Assembly (NCBI GenBank): GCA_035466885.1
Contig: DATIUK010000069.1
Span: 1 to 26,974, forward strand
DNA length: 26,974 bases
Direction: 5' to 3'
Source of the DNA: Casimicrobiaceae bacterium
Lineage (GTDB): Bacteria; Pseudomonadota; Gammaproteobacteria; Burkholderiales; Casimicrobiaceae
Part shown: positions 7,940 to 18,049 of the stretch, one piece after another
How positions within the stretch are numbered: the stretch's first letter is position 1
How the letters are laid out: each line of letters starts with the position of its first letter
Position numbers and translations under genes: made by a program
The notes under the pieces: generated by a model
Seen by the model: the letters and a program-made list of their open reading frames with translations, nothing else
What the model was told of the DNA's origin: nothing
Databases searched by the model: none

Positions 7940-8974
7940 ATGCTCGCGTACATAGGCAAGCGGCTGCTGCTGATGATCCCGACGCTGATCGGCGTCCTCA
8001 CGCTCACGTTCGTCGTCATCCAGTTCGTTCCGGGCGGCCCGGTCGAGCAGATCCTCGCCGAGGCGCGGGCAGGGACCGGCGGGGAGACCGGTGGCTTCTC
8101 CGGCAAGCGCGACCTCGACAAGAAGCAGATCGAGGACCTGAAGCAGCTCTACGGCTTCGACAAGCCGCCGCTCGAGCGTTACCTGTCGATGATGAAGAAC
8201 TTCGCTCAGTTCGACCTCGGCAAGAGCTTTCTGCGCAACAAGGACGTCTGGCAGCTGATCAAGGACAAGCTGCCGGTGTCGATCAGCCTCGGGCTGTGGA
8301 CCTTCCTCGTCTCCTACCTCATCTCGGTGCCGCTGGGGATCGCCAAGGCGGTGCGCGAGGGCACGAAGTTCGACACGGTCACGACGCTGTTCGTGCTCGT
8401 CGGCTACGCGATCCCCGGTTTCGTGCTGGGCGTGCTGCTGATCGTGCTGTTCGCCGGCGGCTCGTTCCTCGACTGGTTCCCGCTGAGAGGGCTCACGTCC
8501 GACAACTGGGCGAGCCTGTCCTGGCCCGCGCGCATCGTCGACTACCTCTGGCACCTGGTGCTGCCGCTCACCTGCTACGCGATCGGGAGCTTCGCGATCG
8601 TCACGATGCTGACCAAGAACACGTTCGTCGAGGAGATCCGCAAGCAGTACGTGCTGGTCGCCCGCGCCAAGGGGCTCTCCGAGCGCAAGGTGCTCTACAA
8701 GCACGTGTTCCGCAACGCGCTGATCCCGATCATCACCGGCTTCCCGGCGGCGTTCGTCGGCGCCTTCTTCGCCGGCTCGATCCTGATCGAGACGATCTTC
8801 TCGCTCGACGGGCTGGGGCTCCTGTCCTACGAGTCGCTGATCCGGCGCGACTATCCCGTGGTGCTGGGCACGCTCTACTTCTTCACGCTGATCGGCCTCG
8901 TCGTCAAGCTGATCGGCGACCTCCTGTACGTGGTCGTCGATCCCCGCGTGCAGTTCGGGGCCGTGGGCAAATGA
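7940..8974 (+). CDS. yejB: ABC transporter permease, YejB type
   Basis: YIGKRLLLMIPTL, QFVPGGPVEQ, EAA loop KQYVLVARAKGLSERKVLYKHVFRNAL, DPRVQF. Confidence 0.93.
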   Translation: MLAYIGKRLLLMIPTLIGVLTLTFVVIQFVPGGPVEQILAEARAGTGGETGGFSGKRDLDKKQIEDLKQLYGFDKPPLERYLSMMKNFAQFDLGKSFLRNKDVWQLIKDKLPVSISLGLWTFLVSYLISVPLGIAKAVREGTKFDTVTTLFVLVGYAIPGFVLGVLLIVLFAGGSFLDWFPLRGLTSDNWASLSWPARIVDYLWHLVLPLTCYAIGSFAIVTMLTKNTFVEEIRKQYVLVARAKGLSERKVLYKHVFRNALIPIITGFPAAFVGAFFAGSILIETIFSLDGLGLLSYESLIRRDYPVVLGTLYFFTLIGLVVKLIGDLLYVVVDPRVQFGAVGK

Positions 8975-10056
8975 GCACGGCGAGCGGGCCCGCGGTCGGG
9001 AGCGCCGCGCCGCAGGCTGCGGCGACGGCGCCGCGCGCGACCTCGCTGTCGCCCAACCGGCGGGCCTGGGCGCGCTTCACGCGCAACCGGCTGGGCTACG
9101 TCTCGCTGATCCTGTTCGCCGCGATGCTCGTCGTCGGCACCTTTGCCGAGATCTTCTCCAACGAGCGGCCGCTCGTCGCGCGCTTCGACGGGGAGTGGCA
9201 CTTCCCGGTGGTGCGCAACCAGCCGGAGACCCGCTTCGGCGGCGACTTCTCGACGCCCACCGACTGGCACGACCCGTTCATCGTCCAGCAGTTCGGCAAG
9301 CCGGGCAACTTCGCGCTGTTCACCTTCAATCCCTGGGGCGCGCGGACGCTCGACTACTATGCGCGCGCAGCCGATCCGATGCGGCCGGGCGCGGGGCACT
9401 GGCTCGGCACCGACTCGGCCGGGCGCGACATGACGGCCCGGCTGCTCTACGGCTTCCGGGTGAGCATCTACTTCGGGCTCGCGCTCACCTTCGTAGGGAC
9501 GGTGCTGGGCGTCCTGGTCGGCGCGCTGCAGGGCTATTTCGGCGGCCGCGTGGACCTCGCCGCGCAACGCGTCATCGAGATCTGGAACGCCGTGCCGGAG
9601 CTGTATCTGCTGATCATCATCGCGTCGATCTTCTCGCCGACGCTGCTGCTCCTGATCGGCGTGTTCGCGCTGTTCGGCTGGATCGGGCTGTCCGACTACG
9701 TCCGGGCCGAGTTCCTGCGCAACCGCAACCTGGAGTTCGTCAAGGCGGCGCGGGCGATGGGGCTTTCCAATGCGCAGATCATGTGGCGGCACATCCTGCC
9801 CAACTCGATGACCCCGGTGATCACGTTCCTGCCGTTCCGGATGAGCGCGGCGATCCTGTTCCTCACCGCGCTCGACTTCCTCGGGCTCGGCGTCCCCGAC
9901 GTGCCGTCGCTCGGCGACCTCCTGCGCGAGGGCAAGGAGAATCTCGACGCGTGGTGGATCGCGATCCCGACCTTCGCGGTGCTGTCGGCGACGCTGCTCC
10001 TGCTCACCTTCATCGGCGACGCGCTGCGCGACGCCTTCGACACCCGGAAGTCCTGA
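8971..10056 (+). CDS. yejE: ABC transporter permease, YejE type
   Basis: Start ATG 8971 overlaps the yejB stop (ATGA). Motifs HWLGTDSAGRD, LLYGFRVS, RAEFLRNRNLEFVKAARAMG, GDALRDAFD. Confidence 0.93.
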   Translation: MSTASGPAVGSAAPQAAATAPRATSLSPNRRAWARFTRNRLGYVSLILFAAMLVVGTFAEIFSNERPLVARFDGEWHFPVVRNQPETRFGGDFSTPTDWHDPFIVQQFGKPGNFALFTFNPWGARTLDYYARAADPMRPGAGHWLGTDSAGRDMTARLLYGFRVSIYFGLALTFVGTVLGVLVGALQGYFGGRVDLAAQRVIEIWNAVPELYLLIIIASIFSPTLLLLIGVFALFGWIGLSDYVRAEFLRNRNLEFVKAARAMGLSNAQIMWRHILPNSMTPVITFLPFRMSAAILFLTALDFLGLGVPDVPSLGDLLREGKENLDAWWIAIPTFAVLSATLLLLTFIGDALRDAFDTRKS

Positions 10057-10057
10057 G

Positions 10058-11647
<1,590 letters not shown>

Positions 11648-11664
11648 CGGGCACCGGTTCCGGA

Positions 11665-11686
11665 CCGCCGGGCGTATTCCCGGCGG
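11665..11686 (+). terminator. Perfect 8-bp hairpin after yejF
   Basis: CCGCCGGG-CGTATT-CCCGGCGG, 18 nt after the stop codon. No U-tract. Confidence 0.35.
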
Positions 11687-11740
11687 CCGGGCGGCCGCGA
11701 CGAGTCCTGCTGCTCCGGGTCGCCGCGAGTCGGGACGCGG

Positions 11741-11760
11741 ATTGAAACGAGCGTTTGAAT
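11741..11760. promoter_or_regulatory. AT-rich 20-bp palindrome, PsrA/TetR-type operator-like
   Basis: ATTGAAACG-AG-CGTTTGAAT: 8 of 9 arm positions are complementary. The core GAAAC-N4-GTTTG fits the Pseudomonas PsrA consensus (G/C)AAAC-N2-4-GTTT(G/C). Confidence 0.6.
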
Positions 11761-11932
11761 ATCGCCGCACTCGCCGTCGGCGGGTGCCCCGCGGCGCCCC
11801 GATCCGCGGGCCGTTTCCCCCTGCGCCACGCAAAGACCCGGCAAATCATCGCCGTCCCAGGGTCGTTGCCTCCGGAAATCCCCGCGGCGGCCGTTATCCC
11901 TCACTGGCATCACGCATCGCAGGGGAGTTCGA

Positions 11933-14900
11933 TTGGGCAGTTGGCGCCGGGCGCGGATCATCGCCGCCGCCGTTCTTGGTCTGGGGATCGCAGTTGCGGG
12001 TCTGCCGGCGCACGCCACCGCGCCGGAATCGATCCGCGTGGTTGTCGACGACAACTATCCGCCTTACGTGTTTCGGGACGCCGGCGGCGAGCTGACCGGC
12101 ATCCTGCCCGACCTGTGGGCGCTGTGGCAGCGCAAGACCGGCACCCGGGTCGAGCTCCTGGGCATGGACTGGGGACAGGCGCAGCGGGTTTTCGGCGAGG
12201 GCCACGCCGACGTCATCGACACGATGTTCCGCACCGAGGAGCGCGAGCGCCGCTACGCGTTCACCCGGCCCTACGCGTCGATCGAGGTCGCGATCTTCTT
12301 CCATCGCGACCTCGCCGGCATCACCGACCTCGGCACCGCACGCGGCTTCACCATCGGGGCCAAGGACGGCGACGCCTGCGTCGACCGCCTGACTGCGGCG
12401 GGCGTCGAGTCGATCCGGCGCTTTCCGAGCTACGAGGAACTGGTGGCGCAGGCCAGGCTCCGGCACGTCGCGGTGTTCTGCATGGACGTGCCGCCGGCGC
12501 TCCACCTGCTCGGCCGCGCCGGGCTCAGCGACGAGTTCCGCCGCACCGAACCGATCTACACCGGCGAGTTCCACCGCGCCGTGCACAAGGACGCACCGGC
12601 GTTGCGCCAGCAGGTCCAGGACGGCTTCGACGCCGTCTCGCCGGCCGAGCGCGAGGCGATCGAGCGCAAGTGGCGCGGCGCGCCGCTGGCGAGCGAGTCG
12701 TCGCTGCTGCGCTGGGCGGGCTACGCGCTGTTCGCCGTCGGGGCCGTCGGCCTCACGCTGCTGCTGTGGAACCACTCGCTGCGCCGGCGCGTCGGCACGC
12801 GCACCCGCGAGCTCGCCGCCACGCTCGCGGCGCTGCGCGAGACCGAGGATCTCTACCGCAACGTCGTCAAGGCTTCGCCCGACGGGATCACGATCTCCGA
12901 TCTCGACGGCCGGATCACCTACATGTCGGACCGGATCCTCGAGTTCCTGCGCCTCGAGCGGCCGGAGCAGGCGCTGGGCCGGAACGTCGCCGAGTTCTTC
13001 CAGCCAGCGGAGCGCGAACGGGTGCTGCAGGCGATCGGCGCAGTGCGGCAGGGGACCCGCCGCGAGCGCATGGCGTACACGATGCTGCGCGCGGACGGCA
13101 CGACGTTCCTGGGCGAGGTCAGCGCCCGGCTGCTGCTCGACTCGGAGGGCAGGCCGCGGGGCATGATCGGCGTCACCCGCGACATCTCGGAGTGGAAGGC
13201 GGCGACCGACGCGCTGCAGCTGCACAGCGCGGCGCTCGAACACTCGCTCAACGCCTTCCACATCCTCGACGGGCAGGGCCGCTTCGTCTACGCCAACCGC
13301 GCGTACCTCACGATGTGGCGCTACGCGGAGCTCGCCGAGATCCTGGCGACCCCGCAGTCGGCACACTGCGTCGACGCGGGCGAGCCGGCGCGGATCATGG
13401 ACGCGCTGCGCGTCGCCGACGCCGACGTGCGCGAGTTCACCGCCCGCCGCCAGGACGGGTCGACGTTCGAGGTGATGATGTCGAGTCGCCGGTTCGAGGG
13501 TGAGGGCGGCCGCGAACTCTTCATCGGCACTGCGCTCGACGTCACGCAGCGCAAGCAGCACGAGGCTGAGCTGCGCCGCTCGGAGGAGCGCTACCGGACG
13601 CTGTTCGACGTCACCGGCGCCGGCCTGCTGCTGACCGACGCGCAGATGCGCATCCGGCTCGCCAACGGCAAGGCGGCCGCGATGGCCGGGCTGCCGGTCG
13701 AGGCGATGATCGGGCGCAACTACCTCGAATTCGTCCACCCCGAGGAGCGCGAGCGCCTGCAGTCGCTGCAGCTCGCGCGCAATGCCGGCGAGGACGCGAA
13801 CCTGCCGCACGAGCTCGAGATCCACTACCTCGGCGCCGGCGGGCGCACGGGCTGGTGCCTGGTGTCGGTCGCCCGCGTCCCGGGGACCGGCGAGCTCGTC
13901 ACCTGGGTGCTCGACATCACCGGCCGCAAGGAAGCCGAGGATTCGCTGCGCCAGGCGGCGGTCGTCTACGAGAGCACCGCCGAGGGGGTGATGATCACCG
14001 GGGTCGATGGCCGGATCGTCGGCGTCAACCGCGCCTTCACCGAGATCACCGGCTACACCAAGGAGGAGGCGCTCGGCCGCAGCCCGGCGATGCTGCGCTC
14101 GGGCCGGCACGACCGCGCGTTCTACGACGCGCTGTGGCGGCGCCTGCTCGCCGGCGAGAACTGGCAGGGCGAGGTCTGGAACCGACGCAAGTCGGGCGAG
14201 GTCTACCCCGAGTGGCTGGCGATCAGCGGCGTACGCGACGGGACCGGCACGCTGGTCAGCTTCGTCGCCGTGTTCTCCGACATCAGCCAGCTGAAGCGCT
14301 CGGCGGAGCAGCTCCACCACCTCGCCCACTACGACGCGCTCACCGACCTGCCGAACCGGACGCTGTTCAACAGTCGGGTCGCGCACGCGCTGGAGGGCGC
14401 CAGCCGGCACGACCGCAAGCTGGCACTCCTGTTCCTCGACGTCGATCGGTTCAAGAACGTCAACGACAGCCTCGGACACCCGATCGGCGACGAGCTCCTG
14501 CTGCGGATCGCGCAGCGGCTGCGCGCACGGTTGCGGGCCGAGGACACGCTGGCAAGGCTGGGCGGCGACGAGTTCGCGGTGCTGATGGAGTCGATCGACG
14601 GGCCCGAGGACGCCGCCGCTCTCGCGCAGTCGATCCTCGACAACCTGGCGGCGCCGTTCGCGCTGTCCGGCGGACGCGAGGTCTACGCGACGGTCAGCAT
14701 CGGGATCGCGCTCTACCCGGGCAGTGCGCCGCACGTCAACCAGCTGATCAGCGACGCCGATGCCGCGATGTACAAGGCGAAGGAGGGCGGCCGCAACACC
14801 TTCCGCCTGTACACCGAGAGCCTGACGCGCCTCGCCCGCGAGCGGCTGGACCTGGAGGCGAACCTCCGGCGCGCGCTCGCCAACGAGGAGTTCCTGCTCG

Positions 14901-15619
14901 AGTTCCAGCCACAGGTGCGCCTGGCCGACGGCGCGCTGCTCGGCTTCGAGGCGCTGGTGCGCTGGGATTCGCCGCAGGGGCGCATTCCCCCCGACGGTTT
15001 CATCCCGCTGGCCGAGGACACCGGGCTCATCGTGCCGCTGGGCGAGTTCGTCTCGCGCGCGGCGTGCCGGCAGGCGCGGCGCTGGCGCGACCAGGGGCAC
15101 CGCAACTTCACTATTGCGATCAACCTCTCGCCGCGGCAATTCCGCCAGCCGGACCTCGCCGGCAGCATCCGGCGAATGCTCGCCGACGCCGGCCTGCCGG
15201 GCGAGGCGCTGGAGCTCGAGATCACCGAGTCGGCGATCACCGAGTCGCCCGACGAGGCGATCGTCACTCTGCGCGGCCTGAAGGCGCTGGGGCTGCGCAT
15301 TGCCATCGACGACTTCGGCACCGGCTACTCGTCGCTGGCGGCGCTGAAGCGCTTCCCGATCGACACGCTGAAGATCGACCGCAGCTTCATTGCGGGCCTC
15401 GGCGACGACGCCGACGACCGCGAGATCGTCACCGCGATCATCGCCATGGGGCGGAACATGGGTATGGCGGTGATGGCCGAGGGCGTCGAGACCCGCGCGC
15501 AACGCGACTTCCTGCGCAACCACGGCTGCGACTTCGCCCAGGGCTACCTGTTCGCGCGGCCGCTGCCGGCTGCGGCCGCTGCAGGCTGGCTCGCCTCTCC
15601 CGTCGCGCTGCCCGTCTGA
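11933..15619 (+). CDS. Membrane-anchored c-di-GMP enzyme: periplasmic family-3 SBP domain, TM, four PAS domains, GGDEF, EAL
   Basis: TTG start with SD AGGGGAG, then a signal/TM segment. SBP motif VDDNYPPYVF..G...G...DLW. TM at YALFAVGAVGLTLLLW. Four PAS/PAC units ending RDISEWK, DVTQRK, DITGRK, DISQLK. Intact GGDEF with RAED I-site. EAL motifs EALVRW, DDFGTGYSSL, KIDRSF, AEGVET. Confidence 0.93.
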   Translation: MGSWRRARIIAAAVLGLGIAVAGLPAHATAPESIRVVVDDNYPPYVFRDAGGELTGILPDLWALWQRKTGTRVELLGMDWGQAQRVFGEGHADVIDTMFRTEERERRYAFTRPYASIEVAIFFHRDLAGITDLGTARGFTIGAKDGDACVDRLTAAGVESIRRFPSYEELVAQARLRHVAVFCMDVPPALHLLGRAGLSDEFRRTEPIYTGEFHRAVHKDAPALRQQVQDGFDAVSPAEREAIERKWRGAPLASESSLLRWAGYALFAVGAVGLTLLLWNHSLRRRVGTRTRELAATLAALRETEDLYRNVVKASPDGITISDLDGRITYMSDRILEFLRLERPEQALGRNVAEFFQPAERERVLQAIGAVRQGTRRERMAYTMLRADGTTFLGEVSARLLLDSEGRPRGMIGVTRDISEWKAATDALQLHSAALEHSLNAFHILDGQGRFVYANRAYLTMWRYAELAEILATPQSAHCVDAGEPARIMDALRVADADVREFTARRQDGSTFEVMMSSRRFEGEGGRELFIGTALDVTQRKQHEAELRRSEERYRTLFDVTGAGLLLTDAQMRIRLANGKAAAMAGLPVEAMIGRNYLEFVHPEERERLQSLQLARNAGEDANLPHELEIHYLGAGGRTGWCLVSVARVPGTGELVTWVLDITGRKEAEDSLRQAAVVYESTAEGVMITGVDGRIVGVNRAFTEITGYTKEEALGRSPAMLRSGRHDRAFYDALWRRLLAGENWQGEVWNRRKSGEVYPEWLAISGVRDGTGTLVSFVAVFSDISQLKRSAEQLHHLAHYDALTDLPNRTLFNSRVAHALEGASRHDRKLALLFLDVDRFKNVNDSLGHPIGDELLLRIAQRLRARLRAEDTLARLGGDEFAVLMESIDGPEDAAALAQSILDNLAAPFALSGGREVYATVSIGIALYPGSAPHVNQLISDADAAMYKAKEGGRNTFRLYTESLTRLARERLDLEANLRRALANEEFLLEFQPQVRLADGALLGFEALVRWDSPQGRIPPDGFIPLAEDTGLIVPLGEFVSRAACRQARRWRDQGHRNFTIAINLSPRQFRQPDLAGSIRRMLADAGLPGEALELEITESAITESPDEAIVTLRGLKALGLRIAIDDFGTGYSSLAALKRFPIDTLKIDRSFIAGLGDDADDREIVTAIIAMGRNMGMAVMAEGVETRAQRDFLRNHGCDFAQGYLFARPLPAAAAAGWLASPVALPV

Positions 15620-15723
15620 CCCGGCGTCGCGCCTCCCACCGGGGAGCGCTTCCGCGCCCGCCGCACGCCGTCCGGCGGCGGTGTGCCGTGGCACGGCAAC
15701 CGGCTCCTCGGCCATTCGGCGAT

Positions 15724-15752
15724 TGGACTTTTGGACCAGGGTTTCCTATAAC
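15724..15752 (+). promoter_or_regulatory. Putative sigma70 promoter (TGGACT-N17-TATAAC) for the small protein gene
   Basis: TGGACT 15724-15729 and TATAAC 15747-15752 with a 17-nt spacer, in a locally AT-rich patch 37 nt upstream of ATG 15790. Confidence 0.45.
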
Positions 15753-15789
15753 CCATGAAAGGCCCTGGCGGCCTGGGGGAGGCGACCCG

Positions 15790-15948
15790 ATGGTGTCGAT
15801 CTGGTGGGTGGTGGCGGCGTTCGTCGCCGGCGGCTACGCCGGAGCGCTCGTATTCGCACTCCTGTGCATGGCCCGCGCCGTCGACGGCGGGGAGCCCGCA
15901 TCCGACCGCGCCGGGTGGCGCGATCAGTCGAAGATGCCGGCGCCGTAG
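15790..15948 (+). CDS. Small single-TM hypothetical protein (52 aa)
   Basis: ATG 15790 with SD GGAGG. MVSIWWVVAAFVAGGYAGALVFALLCMAR is a hydrophobic helix with a G-rich motif. It appears only as the tail of the 13855..15948 ORF in the track. Confidence 0.7.
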   Translation: MVSIWWVVAAFVAGGYAGALVFALLCMARAVDGGEPASDRAGWRDQSKMPAP

Positions 15949-16101
15949 TCGGCCGCATTGAGCTTCGCCTGCGCCGCCGCGCGCGGGCCGATCGGGCGCG
16001 CGTCAGCGCCCCGCGGGCATGACTCGGCGTCCGGTGTAGAGAGCGCGGCTGCGCGGTGTGCGAGAATCCTGATCTCGCCTGCAGCCCATCCGCCCCACCG
16101 C

Positions 16102-18018
16102 ATGCAGCAAACCGGCAAACTCAGCGCCAAGCTCGTCGGCATCCAGGTCTTCTTCCTGGCGGTTGCGCTGGTCTCGATCGGCCTCACGCTGCTCGTGTCG
16201 TGGCGGCTCGAAGGCAGCGCCGCGGCGATCAACGACGCCGGCAGCCTGCGGATGCGGACCTATCGGCTCGCCTACCTCGCGCAGGAGGCGCGGCCGGCGG
16301 GGCGCGAGCCCGTCGCGTCGGCGGCGCTGATCCGCGCGGACGTCGACGCGTTCGAGGCGGTGGTGGCGACGCTGCGCACCGGAGACCCCGCGCGGCCGCT
16401 GGTCGTGCCGCGCACCGACGCAATCGCCGCGCAGTTCGCCGAGCTCGACCGCGAGTGGAAGGTCCTGCGCCCGGCGCTGGTGCGCGCCGCCGACGGCGGC
16501 GGCCTCGACGTGGACCGGTCGCGGATCGAGCAGTTCGTCGCCGTCGTCAATGCACTGGTGGGCACGCTGGAGCAGGACATCGCGCAGGCGACGTCGCTGC
16601 TGCGCACGATCCAGCTCGCGCTGGTGGCGCTGGCGATCATCGGCGCCGTGGCGCTCATCTATCTCTCGTTCCTGTTCATCATCCGGCCGGTGCACCAGCT
16701 GGAGGACGGCCTGCAGCGGATGGCGAAGGGCGACTTCGACGTCCGCCTGCCCGTCGAGTCGAAGGACGAGTTCGGCGCGCTGGCCAAGGGTTTCAACCAC
16801 ATGGCCGAGGAACTGGAGGAGTCCTACCGGACGCTGGAGCGGCGCGTCGCCGACAAGACGCAGTCGCTCGCGCAGCAGAACGCGCGGCTCGCGACCCTCT
16901 ACGACATGACGGCGCTGCTCAACGCGCCCAGCACGCAGGAGGACCTCTGCCGCGGGTTCCTGCGCCGGCTGCTGCCCGTGGCGGGTGCGGCCGCCGGCGC
17001 GGTCCGCCTGATGTCGCCCGACGGCGGGACGCTGCACCTCTTCGTCGAGGACGGGCTCGCGCCGGCGTTCAACGACAAGGAACACTGCCTCGCGCGCGGC
17101 GAGTGCGCCTGCGGCGAGGCCGCGGCACGCAGCGCGACGGTGGTCCACGTGCTGAGCGCGAAGCGCACGCCGATCAACATCACGCTGCCGCACTGCCGCG
17201 AGGCCGGCTTCGCCACGGTCGCGGCGTTCCCGATCGCCGCTCAGCAGCAGGTGCTGGGCATCTTCAACCTGTTCTACCGCGAGGCACGGGACGTCGCCGG
17301 CGAGGAGAGGCACCTGTTCGAGAGCCTCGGCCAGAACCTCGGCGTCGCGATCGAGAGCCTGCGTCTCGTGTCGCGCGAACGCGAGCTCGCGATCGCCGAG
17401 GAGCGCAACCTGCTCGCCCAGGAGCTGCACGACTCGATCGCACAGTCGCTCGCCTTCCTCAACCTGCAGACGCAGATGCTGCGCAAGGCGCTGGTGGCGA
17501 CCGACGCGGTCGAGACCCAGCGGATCCTGGACGAGATCCAGGCGGGCGTGCAGGAGTCCTACGCCGACGTGCGCGAGCTCCTGGTTCACTTCCGCACCCG
17601 GATCGCCGACGGCGACGTCGAGCTCGGCGTGCGCACGCTGCTGACCCGCTTCCAGCACCAGACGGGAATCGCGACCGAGCTCAAGGCGACCGGGGCGGCG
17701 GCGCCGCTTGCGCCGGACGACCAGCTGCAGGTGATGCACATCCTGCAGGAGGCGCTGTCCAACGTGCGCAAGCACTCCGGCGCCTCGAAGGTCGAGGTCG
17801 TGCTGAACCGGGGCCCCGGCTACAGCTTCGCGGTCCGTGACGACGGTCGCGGCTTCGATCCGTCGCGACCGCCGGACGACGCCGCCGACCACGTCGGCCT
17901 GCGCATCATGCGCGAGCGCGCAACGCGCATCGGCGCGCGGGTCGACGTCGACTCCGCGCCCGGCTCCGGCACCGAGGTCCGCCTGCGCCTGCCGGTCGCC
18001 CAGCGCGAGGCGGCGTGA
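16102..18018 (+). CDS. narX: Nitrate/nitrite sensor histidine kinase NarX (PilJ/NarX sensor, HAMP, GAF, HisKA_3, HATPase), 638 aa
   Basis: Start re-assigned to ATG 16102. P-box AINDAGSLRMRTYRL, two TMs, HAMP (FGALAKGFNHMAEEL), H-box AQELHDSIAQ, EALSNVRKH, DDGRGF, HVGLRIMRERA. Confidence 0.93.
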   Translation: MQQTGKLSAKLVGIQVFFLAVALVSIGLTLLVSWRLEGSAAAINDAGSLRMRTYRLAYLAQEARPAGREPVASAALIRADVDAFEAVVATLRTGDPARPLVVPRTDAIAAQFAELDREWKVLRPALVRAADGGGLDVDRSRIEQFVAVVNALVGTLEQDIAQATSLLRTIQLALVALAIIGAVALIYLSFLFIIRPVHQLEDGLQRMAKGDFDVRLPVESKDEFGALAKGFNHMAEELEESYRTLERRVADKTQSLAQQNARLATLYDMTALLNAPSTQEDLCRGFLRRLLPVAGAAAGAVRLMSPDGGTLHLFVEDGLAPAFNDKEHCLARGECACGEAAARSATVVHVLSAKRTPINITLPHCREAGFATVAAFPIAAQQQVLGIFNLFYREARDVAGEERHLFESLGQNLGVAIESLRLVSRERELAIAEERNLLAQELHDSIAQSLAFLNLQTQMLRKALVATDAVETQRILDEIQAGVQESYADVRELLVHFRTRIADGDVELGVRTLLTRFQHQTGIATELKATGAAAPLAPDDQLQVMHILQEALSNVRKHSGASKVEVVLNRGPGYSFAVRDDGRGFDPSRPPDDAADHVGLRIMRERATRIGARVDVDSAPGSGTEVRLRLPVAQREAA

Positions 18019-18049
18019 CGACGCCCGGCGCCGCCGTGACAAGCCCGCG

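Noticed and set aside
11800-11900. Fragments ACGCAAAG and GGCAAATC resembling a c-di-GMP-I (GEMM) riboswitch upstream of the GGDEF-EAL gene
   Set aside because: The elements are in the wrong order and the GNRA tetraloop/receptor stem architecture is missing. An Infernal search with the Rfam model would settle it, but I see no support.
15684-15705. TGGCAC suggesting a sigma54 -24 element, inside a TGCCGTG-G-CACGGCA inverted repeat
   Set aside because: There is no TTGC/GC at the required GG-N10-GC spacing, and GC-rich palindromes are common at this base composition.
11894-15715. 1273-aa minus-strand ORF (also 16003-18333, 20581-22800, 24222-26822, 6016-8121, 10010-11833 and similar long overlapping ORFs)
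   Set aside because: These are antisense or off-frame shadows of well-supported genes. High GC3 bias removes stop codons, and the translations are R/A/G/P-rich with no domain motifs.
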